Part shown: piece after piece, positions 50,036-62,366 of the stretch
Layout: the number at the start of each line of letters is the position of its first letter
Numbering within the stretch: the first letter of the stretch is position 1
Assembly: GCF_018977255.1 (NCBI RefSeq)
Contig: NW_024704742.1
Location: 59,026,001-59,090,000, forward strand
Reading direction: 5' to 3'
DNA length: 64,000 nucleotides
From: Callorhinchus milii
Taxonomy: Eukaryota
Position numbers and translations under genes: made by a program
The notes under the pieces: model-generated
The model's database searches: none
The model's input: the letters and a program-made list of their open reading frames with translations, nothing else
What the model was told of the DNA's origin: nothing

Positions 50036-50268
50036 AAAATATTTCAGATGCTGGAAATCTGAAATAAAACTCGAAGTCGCTGGGAGCACTCAGCAGGTCA
50101 AGCAGCGTCTATGGAGAGAGGAAAGTGAGTTGACTTTTCAGCTCAATGACCTGAAACATTAACTGACGTTTTGATGAAAGGTTACCGACCTGAAATGTTA
50201 ACTTACTTTCTTCTCTCCATAAATGCTGTCTGACCTGCTGAGTGCTCCCAGCGACTTCTGTTTTTATT
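50036..50268. mobile_element. Penelope-like fold-back element with 15-bp TSD and central hammerhead remnants
   Basis: TGGGTCA(G/A)AAAAGGT at 50021-50035 and 50269-50283; ~75-bp inverted arms. Confidence 0.85.
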
Positions 50269-50874
50269 TGGGTCAAAAAAGGTTGCCATCTTAATGATCA
50301 GTGAATGATAGACCATGTACTTCTGAATCAAAGTTAAGATCAATTGCAGGTTATTTGCATTTGTAAATAAAAGTTGGGACATTGCCCATTTCTATTTGTG
50401 TGCATCAAACAATGTGAATATTTTTTTCAAAACACATTTACCAGAGTCTATCTCATAATTTCAATGACACAATATCAAATGCCTTCTGGTTTTGATTCAA
50501 GGTTGTTAATTTTTACAAGGAGATGGACCCCTGGATTGAATATATCCAAAAGAGTCCGCACCTAACTTTTGCTAGATTCCTCTGGGAAGATCTCAGTTTT
50601 GATGTGGTTGATATTTATTGGGAGGAAGGATAATTGGGCCCTGGATAGTAGGGCAATTAGGTTTTGTGTATACCTGAAACTACTGTTTTCACATTTGTTG
50701 AGTTTTGATGTTCTTCATGGGTACAATACATTGCTTGCATCTTTAGAAAAGACTGAATTATAATTATCCTATTGAAGACTCTCCAAATGTTGATTCAAAA
50801 TGTATGCTTAAAAATGCTTTGAATGAACTTTCATTTGTGCTTATTTTCTCAGTAATCAATTTGTTAATTTGAAG

Positions 50875-51400
50875 TCAATTTCCAGTTCTGGGTGTGTCTT
50901 ATCTTTTGGTGCTTTGTAAGATTCTACTTTCCCTCTCTTTGAGTTTCCTGCAGTGATACTACTTTGAGATTTACATTGGCAGCAACAAAATCGACATTCT
51001 TGAGCAACTTTTATGATCTCACTATTCTGTCAAAAAGTGATTAGACAGTGAATGTTCTGACATGTTCGTCTGTTTGTTACCTTAATATGCTCTGTGGTGT
51101 ACCTGAAATGATATGGCTGCAAATGTAGTCACCATCATTCTATGGGTGCTGCTGGTTTTGATTCTAGGTTGTTAAAATGAGCTCCAACAGTTCTGTGATC
51201 AGTAATCAGTGCAAAAGGAGCCCCACATGAACACAAATGAAAGTGTTCCCAACTCCATCTGATGACTCGTGCTTCAGATTCTGTACATGAGTAAATCCTC
51301 TGGTGTATTTCAGATTTGCATTTGTTCAGCATGATCTGTTGCGATGCATCAAAGCCAAATGTGTTGCATATTATACTGCTGATTTGTAGAGATGGTGCTG
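50875..51400 (-). pseudogene. Ty3/Gypsy LTR retrotransposon pol remnant (RNase H and downstream linker)
   Basis: YSCTESEARVIRWSWEHFHLCSCGAPFALITDH...NNLESKPAAPIE*W*LHLQPYHF parallels Gypsy YSQTEKEALAIVWACEHFHLYLYGxxFxLxTDHKPL...PARIERWxLRLQxY; upstream DAS motif. Confidence 0.85.
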
Positions 51401-51459
51401 TAGGAAGATGGCCCAGAAGTTATGATCGAACACTACTTGTAATATTTTTAAACTTTGAT

Positions 51460-52190
51460 TTGAAGTTGAACATCAACAAGACCGAAGCCCTCCTGATTGG
51501 CTCTGTCAGCGCCTCTGTACCATAGGCACTGGCAGCGTCACCATCCATAGATGCACACTCCACCTCACTGAGCCAATCCAGAACCTTGGCGTCTTGTCCT
51601 TTCTACCCCACATCTGTTCTATGACCCACTCTGCCTTTCCCCACCGCCGCAACATTATCCGGCTCTGCCACTGCCTCTCTCCTCAGGCCGTTGATATCCT
51701 CATCCAAGCATTCATCACATTTAGGCTCGACTACCTTGTTGGCATTCCCAACTCTTCCCTCCACAAGCTGCAGATTATCTAGAACTCAGCAGCTCGTGAT
51801 CTCTCCCACACCAGGCTCCTTGACCTCATCACCCACAGCCTCACCCGGCTCCACTGGCTCCCATCCCTCAGAGAATAAAGTTCAAAGCCTCCACGGCTTT
51901 GCTCCTTCCTACCTCTGTGACCTGATAACACCGTATTGACCTGACCGCTTCCTCTGCTCAGCAAGACTCCGGCCTGCTCCACTTCCCCCGCTCGGCTGGC
52001 TCCACCATCGTGGGTTGGACCTACAGCCTCTTTGCCCCCAACCTTTGGAACTCCATCCCGCAGTCCCTTCACGTCATTCCCTCCTTTGCCTCTTTCAAGA
52101 CCCTCCTCTTCGAGCGCACCTTTGGTTACCCTCCTACCCTTACCCTCCCTGCCCTCCACCCTCCCTTACCCCAACCAGGATCTCTCCTGT
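51460..52190 (+). mobile_element. L2 LINE 3' half, decayed
   Basis: [38 protein letters not shown]. Confidence 0.92.
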
Positions 52191-52242
52191 GCTCTAGCTC
52201 AACTGGTTGTATGTTTACATCAATGCACATCATTTACATCAC

Positions 52243-52381
52243 CAAAACGCAAAATACTGCAGATGCTGGAAATCTGAAACAAAAACAGAAGTTGCTGGGA
52301 ACACTCAGCAGGTCAGGCATCATTTATGGGGAAAGGAAAGTGAGTCAACGTTTCAGGCCCACGACCCTTCGTCAGAACTGA
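52243..52381 (-). mobile_element. Penelope-like terminal repeat with the best-preserved hammerhead core (52343-52379)
   Basis: Minus RNA AGUU-CUGACGA-A-GGGUC-GUG-GGCCU-GAAA-C-GUU-GACU. Confidence 0.85.
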
Positions 52382-53699
52382 ACATTGATCATTTACGCCA
52401 ATATTGTCTTTGAAGTAGTTTATATCACTGAAAAGATCTTGATTAACACATTTGATATGGAGTGTGTAGAATACATCAAACATTTTAGGTCATTTGACTT
52501 CCTCAGCATACTGTGCTTATGGTTGCAGCAGCTCCAACACATTACGCTCTATACAGTATGTAATAAATTGTATCTATATCTACATATCTTTATAACCCTC
52601 AAACACATTCCCAATTGAACTTTAATTTAGTTCTTGTTCAATCAACACTGTATTAACTACTTTAATCCAGGAGTCTGTTTCAACACATTGAAAAAAAATC
52701 ACACAAAAAAATCTTCTTTTTTCAAACATGCTTGAGGCTTATTAATTCTATGCTGGCTGGCACTAGTACAATGGATCAAATGGCCTCCTACTGTGTCATG
52801 GATTCTTATGGTTCCATGGTCCATTTCAATCAGACCTGTGCTTAAAATACAAGTTAAATAACCTAGAGGTATTCACATTAAACAGCCCTCCAAACATTTT
52901 ACAGACATGGATTTTCTCGCCTTCAATCCTTTTGATTATGAAAATCAGTTCAGTTTAGTTGTGAGCCTCCTCATGAGCTTTTTTTTACTTGTATCTGAAC
53001 TCTCTCCAATACATCAATATCCTTTTTGGGGTGGGGTGTCTAAAACTGCTGGAATACAAAAATATCGACAGATGTGTTGCCTCCAGAGGTCAGGGACCTA
53101 ACATAGAATATGGTTTTAGGAACTCAGCAGGCAGTAAAATTTGCCACTAAAATGGCTATAATTTCAGGGGGCTGTAAAGACAACTGGATTTAGCTTTATA
53201 TTTAGGAGTATGGACACTGAGATGCTTGTTGAGGTTTTTAAATTCACTGCACTGCAAATACTCCCCACTGGCTGTTTTTAATCTATTAGCATCCAGATCC
53301 AAACAAAAACAGGTAAACGCATGAATTTTCCACACTGCATTATTTTCTACAACATTTAAAACATAATCTCAATGTCTTTGAAGTTAGGTTTTATTCAATC
53401 ATTACTAACATTGGTTGCGGTGTCTGGTCACTACATTTATAGAGCAACCTTATTTCATATATAATATATAATTAGTCAGTCACTAGTTTGCTGTATAGCA
53501 TGGGTCTACAGTGGATCCATACTAAAATGGGTGTGTTATAATGGATTATAAATCTGCATCATAAATGCATTTGGGCACCCTATTTATTTAGAATTATTGG
53601 TGACATCTTTTCCTCCCTGTGAAAGATAAAATTCCTCCAATGTTTTCACTCTCCTTTTAAATACAAATGTATGCCCATTTCTTTACTTCCCTTCTCCAT

Positions 53700-53945
53700 T
53701 AATAGTGGCTCTGAGTAAGATACAGTTCCACAGGTGTTAGTAGCCCTCTGATACCTGGCCTAATTCTTCAAGTTTGAGCATGAAAAATAACAAGCCTCAA
53801 ACAAGTAGATAGTGAATGTTGACAAGTTATTCACCTATGGAGGGAATCACAGCAAAATCCAATCTTGTTCTTATTTGATGTCAACACTTCCCAACAGAGG
53901 TAATTGATTGAGATCAGTTAGCTGAACCCTGGCTCATTATTTTCT
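53700..53945 (-). mobile_element. LF-SINE-like fragment
   Basis: 'tatggagggaatcacagcaaaatccaatcttgttct...gaaccctggctcatt' is antisense to the LF-SINE body. Confidence 0.55.
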
Positions 53946-54219
53946 GTTATCAGCCCAGAGCACAAAGCCAATTACAACACCCGACTCCTGCCTGTTCAGA
54001 TCATCCACAGCAGCACAACCCAGAATCCAACAACAACAAAATTACATTTGTATATAATCCAGTATCCAATCAAATCTTTTTTTGGTTTAATGCTACTCAG
54101 GTTAATGCCTTTAACATTCGGCCAACCCCCAGCTCGGGTGCCAATCCAGGATTGTTAAGTGCTTTGGAATATCTTCCCGACATGAAAAGTGCTATGTAAA
54201 TATAAATTTGTATTTTATT

Positions 54220-54570
54220 GTACAAGCCCTTTGTGGGGAAAAAAAGACTTCTTCCAACCTCCTGCCCCCTCATATCTTCTAGTGGCCTCCAATTTTGAGT
54301 TTTACCAATTGGTACCAATCTGAGGGTATAACCTCTCAATATGTATCCTTTTAAACCCTCTCAGAATCTTGAATCCTAAATCTCTATTAACCTGACCTGT
54401 TCCAGTGAAAATAGACTCAATTTGTGAGCTAGTGCTCATAATTATTACCACTCAGCCCTTGTTTAAGTATGGGGATGGTAGCTGAACCCTCTCTCCGTGG
54501 CTCTGATGAACTTTCTGTAATGTCCAGAACTGCAGGCAATATTCCAAATACCCAGCATCATTTATAAAGT
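54220..54570 (-). mobile_element. Old CR1-type fragment
   Basis: 'gtggggaaaaaaagacttcttcc' (reverse complement of FF..), 'tccagaactgcaggcaatattcca' (LEYC.QFW). Confidence 0.6.
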
Positions 54571-56133
54571 TCATTTGTATCCATCAGGGGAGGTTCATAA
54601 ATAGTACACTTTTAAACCAATTAAATACATTTTTATAATGTACTGAATTTTACCACGTTAACATTCCAAGCATATTAATATCAAAAAGATGGAAATATTT
54701 TTGTATGTGAAAAAAATGCAGCCACAGACAGCAAAAAACCTTTTAAAAAAATCCAGAGGAACTATGTTTGTAAAAGTAGTGACAATAATACGTCACAAGA
54801 GTTGTGTCATGAGTGTCAAAGATTCATAACACACAGGTGCTTTGAGTGAAAGGATGTCAAACTCTCCATCAAGGCTGAGATATTCAGTTTGTTCCACGGT
54901 GCAGAGCTCCTGGGGATACCACATGCTGCAGCTGGCTTAAGTGTCGTGTGTGAATTATCATTTCTGATTTTTAATGTGAGAAGTAACGTGTGGTGAAATT
55001 ACCAACACAGTGATAGAATAAACAATTTTAATGTGTGTGCATAAAGATGTGATCTCCTTTCCCATGTGTCATGTTCCATCAAATATCTTGCATACGTTTA
55101 GACCACATTAATCAAACTGTTTATCCAGCACAATATGTCTTTTCGCTCATGCTTTCTGCAAATTTGTCACATGTTGAGTTTGCATCTGTTTCAACTGAAG
55201 TCTTATTGCATTCATTAGTAATAAGTAACAAACTGAAATATTACTCTGATATGGGTGCTTTTGTTTCTTGCCATAAGGGACACCTCAATAATTGTATTAA
55301 TCATTTGCTGGTTATTACATTGTAATAGTCCCATTGACAAATAGCCAATTTCCTGCACATCCCTGTTTATAATACAAACCACTTCAATGAGATGCAGCAG
55401 TATCTGTTGATGCTGAACTCACTCCCATTTGTATTGTGGGATGGACTGCAACAGTCAAACAAATGCTCACGTTGAAGCTGTTGGGCGCAGTTATTTATAA
55501 ACAATAATAATAAACTTCACATTTGCTATCGTGGCTTTTACGTGTTGGTGCTATATTGCAAATGTTATGTTTTATAATCCACTTATATTATCTACGTTTG
55601 GGGGTGTGGGGGTGTGGAGAGAGATGGAAAAGGGTTGATTTGGGGCCTGATTTGGCTTCAAGGAAACTAAATAAATATCTAAAAAGGAGTAAACTGCAGG
55701 GGTCTGGAGATGGAACTGCTCTTTAAAAAAGTAAAAAAGTAAATTGCTCTTAAAATGTCAGCAAAGACACGAAGGACCAAATAACCTTCTGTGCTGTAAA
55801 TTTCTATGGTTCTATGAATGTAAGGCGACCTGGAAATGAAAGTCTTTGTGGCAGTCTCAGTAGTCCAGTTCTTGAGCCAGGCAAATCTACAGTACTGTAA
55901 GTCACTGCTGATGACAGAACAGCTGGTTGGCAGAACATAGAAGGGAAGACTGATCAATGATCACTTTCCACTCAGCTCCTGTTAACTCTCCAAACGAAAG
56001 CCCTAATGGATACAGTGGTCCTGTCAGATGTAAGACAACCAGATGAGCAAAAAAATCAATTAGTCATGTTTTTTTAAGAGAACAGTATTCTGTGAGTTTG
56101 AATTCAAAGTATTTATAAACTGGATTTGTTGGA

Positions 56134-56339
56134 TTAATTGTGGGGTCTGGTTTGCGAAAATCAGATTGTGAAATCTTTGGCATGGTTCACAGGCAGCAAA
56201 TCTCAAGCCGCAAAAGCCTGGTGGGAAACGTGCTACAGCCCTTTTACAGACTTTGCCAAATTGGGATTCATACTTTGCTGGTTGTGAATTTTGCTTGAAA
56301 TTTCTCAATACAGTATTCGCAAACTGAAGTTGCAATTAA
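56134..56339. repeat. Highly diverged ~205-bp palindrome
   Basis: Arms share ttaattg / gtttgcgaa / attg.gaaat / ttcaca / cagcaaa blocks in inverted order. Confidence 0.65.
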
Positions 56340-56702
56340 CAGACATTGAATTTTGTTTATCAGTCCCCAGTGACTCACATGTAATGTTTTTTGCTATAAT
56401 TTAGATATTTGCATGTGTTTAATTTACTTTTATAATTGGAATACAACATTTGAGTTCGAGCTACTCTATATATACTTTAGTGTCTGTAAATCAGTGTTCT
56501 CAGATTTAGCAGGAATCTTACATGCCTGGGCAGGAAAAGTCCATTATTATATTGATTAATAGAGTTTTGTGCTGTGTGTGAGCTGCCTGTCCACTGATAT
56601 TTTTCAGCATCTGTGTTGAATGATCACTCAGGCTACAACCAGAGCGATTGAGACCTCAGTCTAATATTTGGGAGTTATAGTTGTGTGGCGAGAGAGTGTG
56701 CG

Positions 56703-57290
56703 AAACAACAACAACTTGCATTTATACAGTGCCCTTCATGCAGGGTAGCGTTTACAGTGGTGGAGTCTGACAGTGAGCCAGGCGGAGAGGGAGGGGGTAG
56801 GTGTCCATAAGCACAATCAAAAAGGAAGGTCCTTAAGTGTGATTTGAAGGTAGGGAGGGAGGGGTCAAAGTGGAGGGATTGAGGTGTAGTGGCTGAAGGC
56901 ATGGCCACCGATGGTGGAATAGCAGGCACAAGGGACAAACAGGAGGCCAGAGCTAGCTGAGCGGAGTAGTGGAGTGGGGGATAAGCAGATTGGATAGGTA
57001 GGGAGGTATGAGGGCATGAAGTGATTTGAAAAGGAGTGAGATATTGAAATCGATCCATTCGGTGATTGGGAGCCAGTGGAGCCTGGCAATGACTGGTGTA
57101 ATGGGGGTACAGAGTTTCGTGCAGGTGAGTATCTGTGTGGCGGAGTTTTGAATTATGATTTGTGTATGGTGGAGCTGAGAAGACCAGCGAGGTGGGCATT
57201 AGAATAATCCAGCCAGGAAGTGACGAAGGTGTGGATGAGGGTTTCAGCTACGTCGGTTGTAAGATACGGTCAGAGGTGGGCAGTGTGGAG
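56703..57290 (-). mobile_element. Old L2 3' half
   Basis: TIGGHAFS and TFKSHLRTFLFD fragments; (CAA)n tail. Confidence 0.85.
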
Positions 57291-57793
57291 GATTGGAGTC
57301 TAATAGGAGTCTAATAATGGGAGTGGTTGTTGGATACTATCTCCAAATGTCTGCATTTTGTACATTTGGTAAATATTTTATGCTGGTACTGCTTGTTAAA
57401 TGTGGTTGTGGCATCCAGTGGCAGACTGTTCTCACTGCACCAGACATTACATTTATTATATTGGGATATTAAAAATAAACACTCATCAGAAAAAAAACAG
57501 CCTAAATGATAGCTTGTCCCTAGAAAGAGTACCTTGAGTTATACAGTGAGTCTCCTACATGGAACCCCATGTACGTCAAACCAACTTGGCTCTGAGGTAA
57601 TCTCAGATCAAGCTTACTTAAAATAAACCTTACATTTGATATTAGTGCCTTTCATGTCAGGAGGATGCCTCAAAGTGCCTTATGGGGTATACTGTAAATT
57701 GGAATGGTTGTGTGTTTTGTGGATGAACACAGCAGCGAAATGGCACACCTATCACCTTTCCTTCGCCAGTTTTGCAGATGTCAAAGCACATTA

Positions 57794-58006
57794 GATTGAA
57801 AATTCCACCTGGGTCTCAATTTACTCTATTAATGTAGCATTTCAGTGCCTACAGAATTACAGCCTTAAACATAACCTATTTTTTTAAGATGGTTTTCCGG
57901 GAGAACTACAGAAAACCAACCAACTTCAAACTTTAGGCTGAATGTAATAATTTGCCAAATTCTACAGGCTCTAAAAATGCTATACAAATAGAGTAAATCT
58001 GGACCC
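57794..58006. mobile_element. MITE-like palindromic element, second copy of the 21110 family
   Basis: 'aaattccacctgggtctcaatttactctattaatgtagcattt' versus 'aaatgctatacaaatagagtaaatctggaccc'. Confidence 0.7.
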
Positions 58007-59644
58007 CCAATACTTTAGCCCACATATGTGCTCCTATTTTTACGACAAGCATCTTTTTGCCTCCACTGAAATGTTTTCTGGGGTGCCTACCTGGAATGTA
58101 AATCATCAATTTGGATAGTCAGATATGTGAAGAGGTAGGACACCAGATCTAAGACTATTTATGCACAAGAGCAGCAATGTAATCCATTTGTTTAGTTTTC
58201 ACATTATAATACTAATAATCTTTGCATTTGGTTTAGTGCCTCATCACACCATTTAGACGTCTCAAAGCACTTCACAGAATATATTGGAAAGTGGATTGAC
58301 TGTGCATTTTGTGTGCGAGATATGTAGTCAGTCACAGATCAGGATGTATATTCTGTTACATATCAGGATGCCCTATATTATGCAGCTTCACCAGCATATT
58401 AGCAGTAGGTTGCAATAACCCTATGGAATGCTTTCATGTCCAGTTGCGTCATAGCAATCTTCGCCTCTAAAATACAGTCGCTGCACTTTACAGCAAATTC
58501 TGTGAAACGCTTTGAAACATGCTCCTGACATGAAAGGCACTATCTAAAATGCGAGGATGATTATTATTAATAATAATTTTATTGGAAATCATAAAGTACC
58601 TTTCTTTTAATTGAAAATAAATTGTGTTTGGTGCAGCATAACTCTGCAGTCTAATTCAATTGATTAACTGCTGCATTGGTTAGCAGCAAATGCTTTTGTC
58701 TCATCAATAGTGAATTCAGTCACTTAAAGAACTGAGTATTACCAAAGCAAATTTGTATCAGATGTCTGTTAGTTTTCCTCATCATTATCGAGATAATTTG
58801 TGAAAAAGTAGTAAGTTAGACTGGTGGGAATATTTTGACAGAATACAACATCACCTTGCATATATATAAAGCTCTTTCTGCAAGGTAGCATCTTGGAGAG
58901 CTTAACAGTGACAGAGTCTGACGTAGAGCCAGAGAGAGTGGGGGAGGTCACCATAGGCACAGATGAAGAGATAGGTCAGAATGTCTAAATAGGTTTACAA
59001 AGGAAATAATGCATACAAGTACATTTATTCTGATGTTCTATGGCTACAGATCCAATGCTGCTTTTGTGATAAGGTGCAAACTGTGTACAAAATTATCCTT
59101 ATTCCTGACAGCAAAGAGCTGTATTCAGTTGAGGGGAGCCTTCCTCCCTCCCCTTGTTTAAAGCACGTCTCAAATTGTACCTCTTTGACTGGGCTTTTGG
59201 TCATCTTTCCCCTCCCTTTTCAGCCTCCCCCCCACACAATTTGGGTGCCATCCAGCAATGTTAAGCGCTTCGAGACATCTTCCTGACATTGTTAATAATC
59301 AATACAGTATTGATTATTAACAATATATCAAATGTTTTTGAATCAGCTAGCTTGTAAAGGAGATCTGGGGAAAAAAATCACTTAAATTTAGCCTTAGGAC
59401 CATCTTAAAATTTCAGATGATGTAGAATTTTTGCAAATCTTTCCATTCAGTCTCAAGTTTGAAGAACTGATGAAAAAATAGCACCCAAATTAAGACAGAA
59501 TTTACGAATTTTCCATAAATTCTGCACAAACCGAAATGTTTAAGTCAATAGTCTGAAACAAAAAAAGTGTGGAATTATGGGTCTTATTTCATCTTAATCT
59601 GGGAATAACAAACAATGTGATTTCACTTTTTCTGCAGTAATTAA

Positions 59645-60230
59645 CTAGAATGATGGAGCACAGAAATGGATCATTTGGCCCAAATAGTCCATGTCTATGT
59701 TTATACTCCACATGAGTCTCTCTCCTATTGCTCCCTCCCATTCTTCTTCTATTCCCTTCCACCGCATGTACCCGTCAAAGTTCAGATTAAATACATGCAT
59801 GCTTTTTGTTTCAACGTCAGATTCCAGCAGTGAGTATCACATTCTCACCAAACTCCATGAAAGGAAATTCCTCCAAAATTCCCTTTTATATCTGTCGAAG
59901 GCGGTCTTATATATTTATGCCCTCTTGTTTTCATCCCTCCAGCAAGTTATTTATCAGTCCTACTTACCTGTGCTTTCTCCATACCCCCATAGCTTATGCT
60001 TTATGGATTCTGCTTCAACCACTGTTGCCCTCAGGGTATTCCATATTCTATCCATGTGGATTAATTTTTTTTCCCCATTTGCTCATTTCCTAACTATCTG
60101 AAATAAATCCCCTGTGGAAATAATTTATCCCTGTTGACTCCCAATTAACTCTGTCAGAATACCTCATAGTTTTAAAGATCACCCCTCAACCTTCTTTATT
60201 CGAAGAAAAAAGTCCCAATTCCTCCAGGAG
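59645..60230 (-). mobile_element. Old CR1 3' fragments
   Basis: Similar to 7935-8250; 'agatcacccctcaaccttct' (RRLRGDL antisense). Confidence 0.7.
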
Positions 60231-60849
60231 CTATCTCTGCTCACATCTGGAATATTGCACCACTGGATTATAGTACTAGTAAGGATGGAGGAAAATCAAC
60301 AAAATACAGTGAAGAGACTGTTAGTGAAGTTAAACCTACACAGCATGTTGTCATTGCCATATGCAAAAGGAAACCCAGTGTGAAATTCAATAAATTAGTG
60401 TAGAATCATAAGGTACAGACCTGGTCTCGCACACTGTGGGTGGGCTTGCAGCGGGCTGGCATCTTTTAAGTATAATTTCCATATGCAGACTACGTGGGTA
60501 GGCTCTGCTCAGTGTGCTACAATCAATAGATTTTATTGCTCTCCGTTTGTAAATATTTTTCCCAACAGACTCTGATTTAATACCAAATCAATTATTTGTT
60601 TTGCAGAAATCTAATGGTTCTCCAGATTATATGCATGTAATTGAGATATTGCAACTGTTACCAGCAGGTCTGTAGTTAGATTTTTGGCATGCCTAGTTTG
60701 ATTTTGTTTACCCTAACTAACTTTGGGGTGTACAACGCAATCATTTTTAACTGCATTTCTTAAGATGGACTTTGACTTGCAATGAAGACTCCTTCTAGTA
60801 CACAGAAACACATCATGCTGACCACCCTTGGGAACCCTGCTAGTAAGTC

Positions 60850-61385
60850 ACCCGGTTCCACTGGCTCTCAGTGGATCAATTTTAAGATTCTTATATTCAC
60901 CTTCAAATATTTCTACAGCCTTTTACCATGGCATTTCTGCAATATTTTTTGATTACATCCCTGGCTGCTCCCTCTATTCTGCCAACTCCAGCCTATTTCA
61001 TGTCCCTGCCCATGTCCAAGTCTTCAGCTACTTTACCCCAACATTCTGGAACTCTTTCCTAGACTCTCACCTCATCCCTTCTATCTCTGTTTTCAAATCC
61101 TTTCTAAAGATCGATGAGTGCATTTTTGGTTACCATCTCCACCCCACCTGCTTCCTCCCAATCAGGCTCCTGCTCAATCCATGAATAATGCTTTGAAACT
61201 TTCTCCCAATTTGAATGCAACCACCTGGTCATTCACATTATGGCTGTTTGTGGAACATTGCTGTGTGCAAATCAGCCTGTGCATTTGCCTACAAATACAC
61301 TGCCCTGCACTTCACAGTAAAATCATGTGAAGTGCTTTGAGACTTCTCGATGACATGATAAGGTGCTTATCAAACGCCAGGATTA
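60850..61385 (+). mobile_element. Old L2 3' fragment followed by a SINE tail
   Basis: PTFWNSF...VFKSFLK; SINE tail at 61225-61385. Confidence 0.7.
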
Positions 61386-62229
61386 CAGTAAAGAAAGTGT
61401 GGGATGGTACACTTCGTGCAAAAGATGTCCTGCCAGAGAAAGAACTGGTAACATTTGTCGGAAGAACTGCACAAAGAACTTTTGTCCAAGATAGAGAAAT
61501 TTATTGGTGAAAACAGAAATAGCTGAAAAGACAGAATCTTTCAATTCGAGGAACATGTTCCCTATTGTAACTACTTTGGACTCTTCTATATCAGCCTGCA
61601 GCTTGCTTGTGTCAACTCTTGACAGCTGTAAATTAACGTTGGTCTTAAAGCAGTCTAAAAATTATAAACTCACTGAGAAAAGTAATGCTGGTCCACAGCT
61701 CACTCAATAATGAGTGGAAGCTAAGGATTGTATGATGATAAATGAATGTTTTACGATTGGAATAAAAGACTTATGGAATTTTCAAGGAAGTTGCCTGGTT
61801 TGCAAAGTATTTTACTCCCCAAATTTCAAAGTCATCCTCCGAGGCAGGACTACCAAAGATAGACAGGGATCCTATTGTGGAGTTGCCTCTTCTTTGAATT
61901 TAAAAAAAATGAATTGAAATAGAGGTTCATGGGATTCCTTATTAAAGAATGGAACTATTCAAAAATAGAAGGGAGCTTCTTCCCAGTGTCCTGGTAAATA
62001 ATCACCAAAGTAAAATTGGTTGGTCACTTCATGGCTGTTTCTGAGACATTGCTATGCACAAATTGGCTGCTGCGTTTGCCTACAAAATACACGGTCACTT
62101 CACTTTATAGCATATCATGCGAAGAGTTTGAAATGGCCACCTGATGAGAATGGCACTATATCAAATGCAAGTTTTTTTGTTATTATTTTAAGGAATTCGG
62201 TTAAGAAATGACAACATAAGATAATTTAA

Positions 62230-62366
62230 ACAAAACACAAAATACTGCAGATGTTGGAATCTGAAACAAAAACTGAGAGAGCTGGGAAAACTCAATGGGT
62301 CAGGCAGCATCCATGGAGAAAGGAAAGTGAGTCAACGTTTCAGGTCCACGACCCTTCGTCAGAACA
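62230..62366 (-). mobile_element. Penelope-like terminal repeat with hammerhead core (62330-62365)
   Basis: Minus RNA GUU-CUGACGA-A-GGGUC-GUG-GACCU-GAAA-C-GUU-GAC. Confidence 0.85.
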
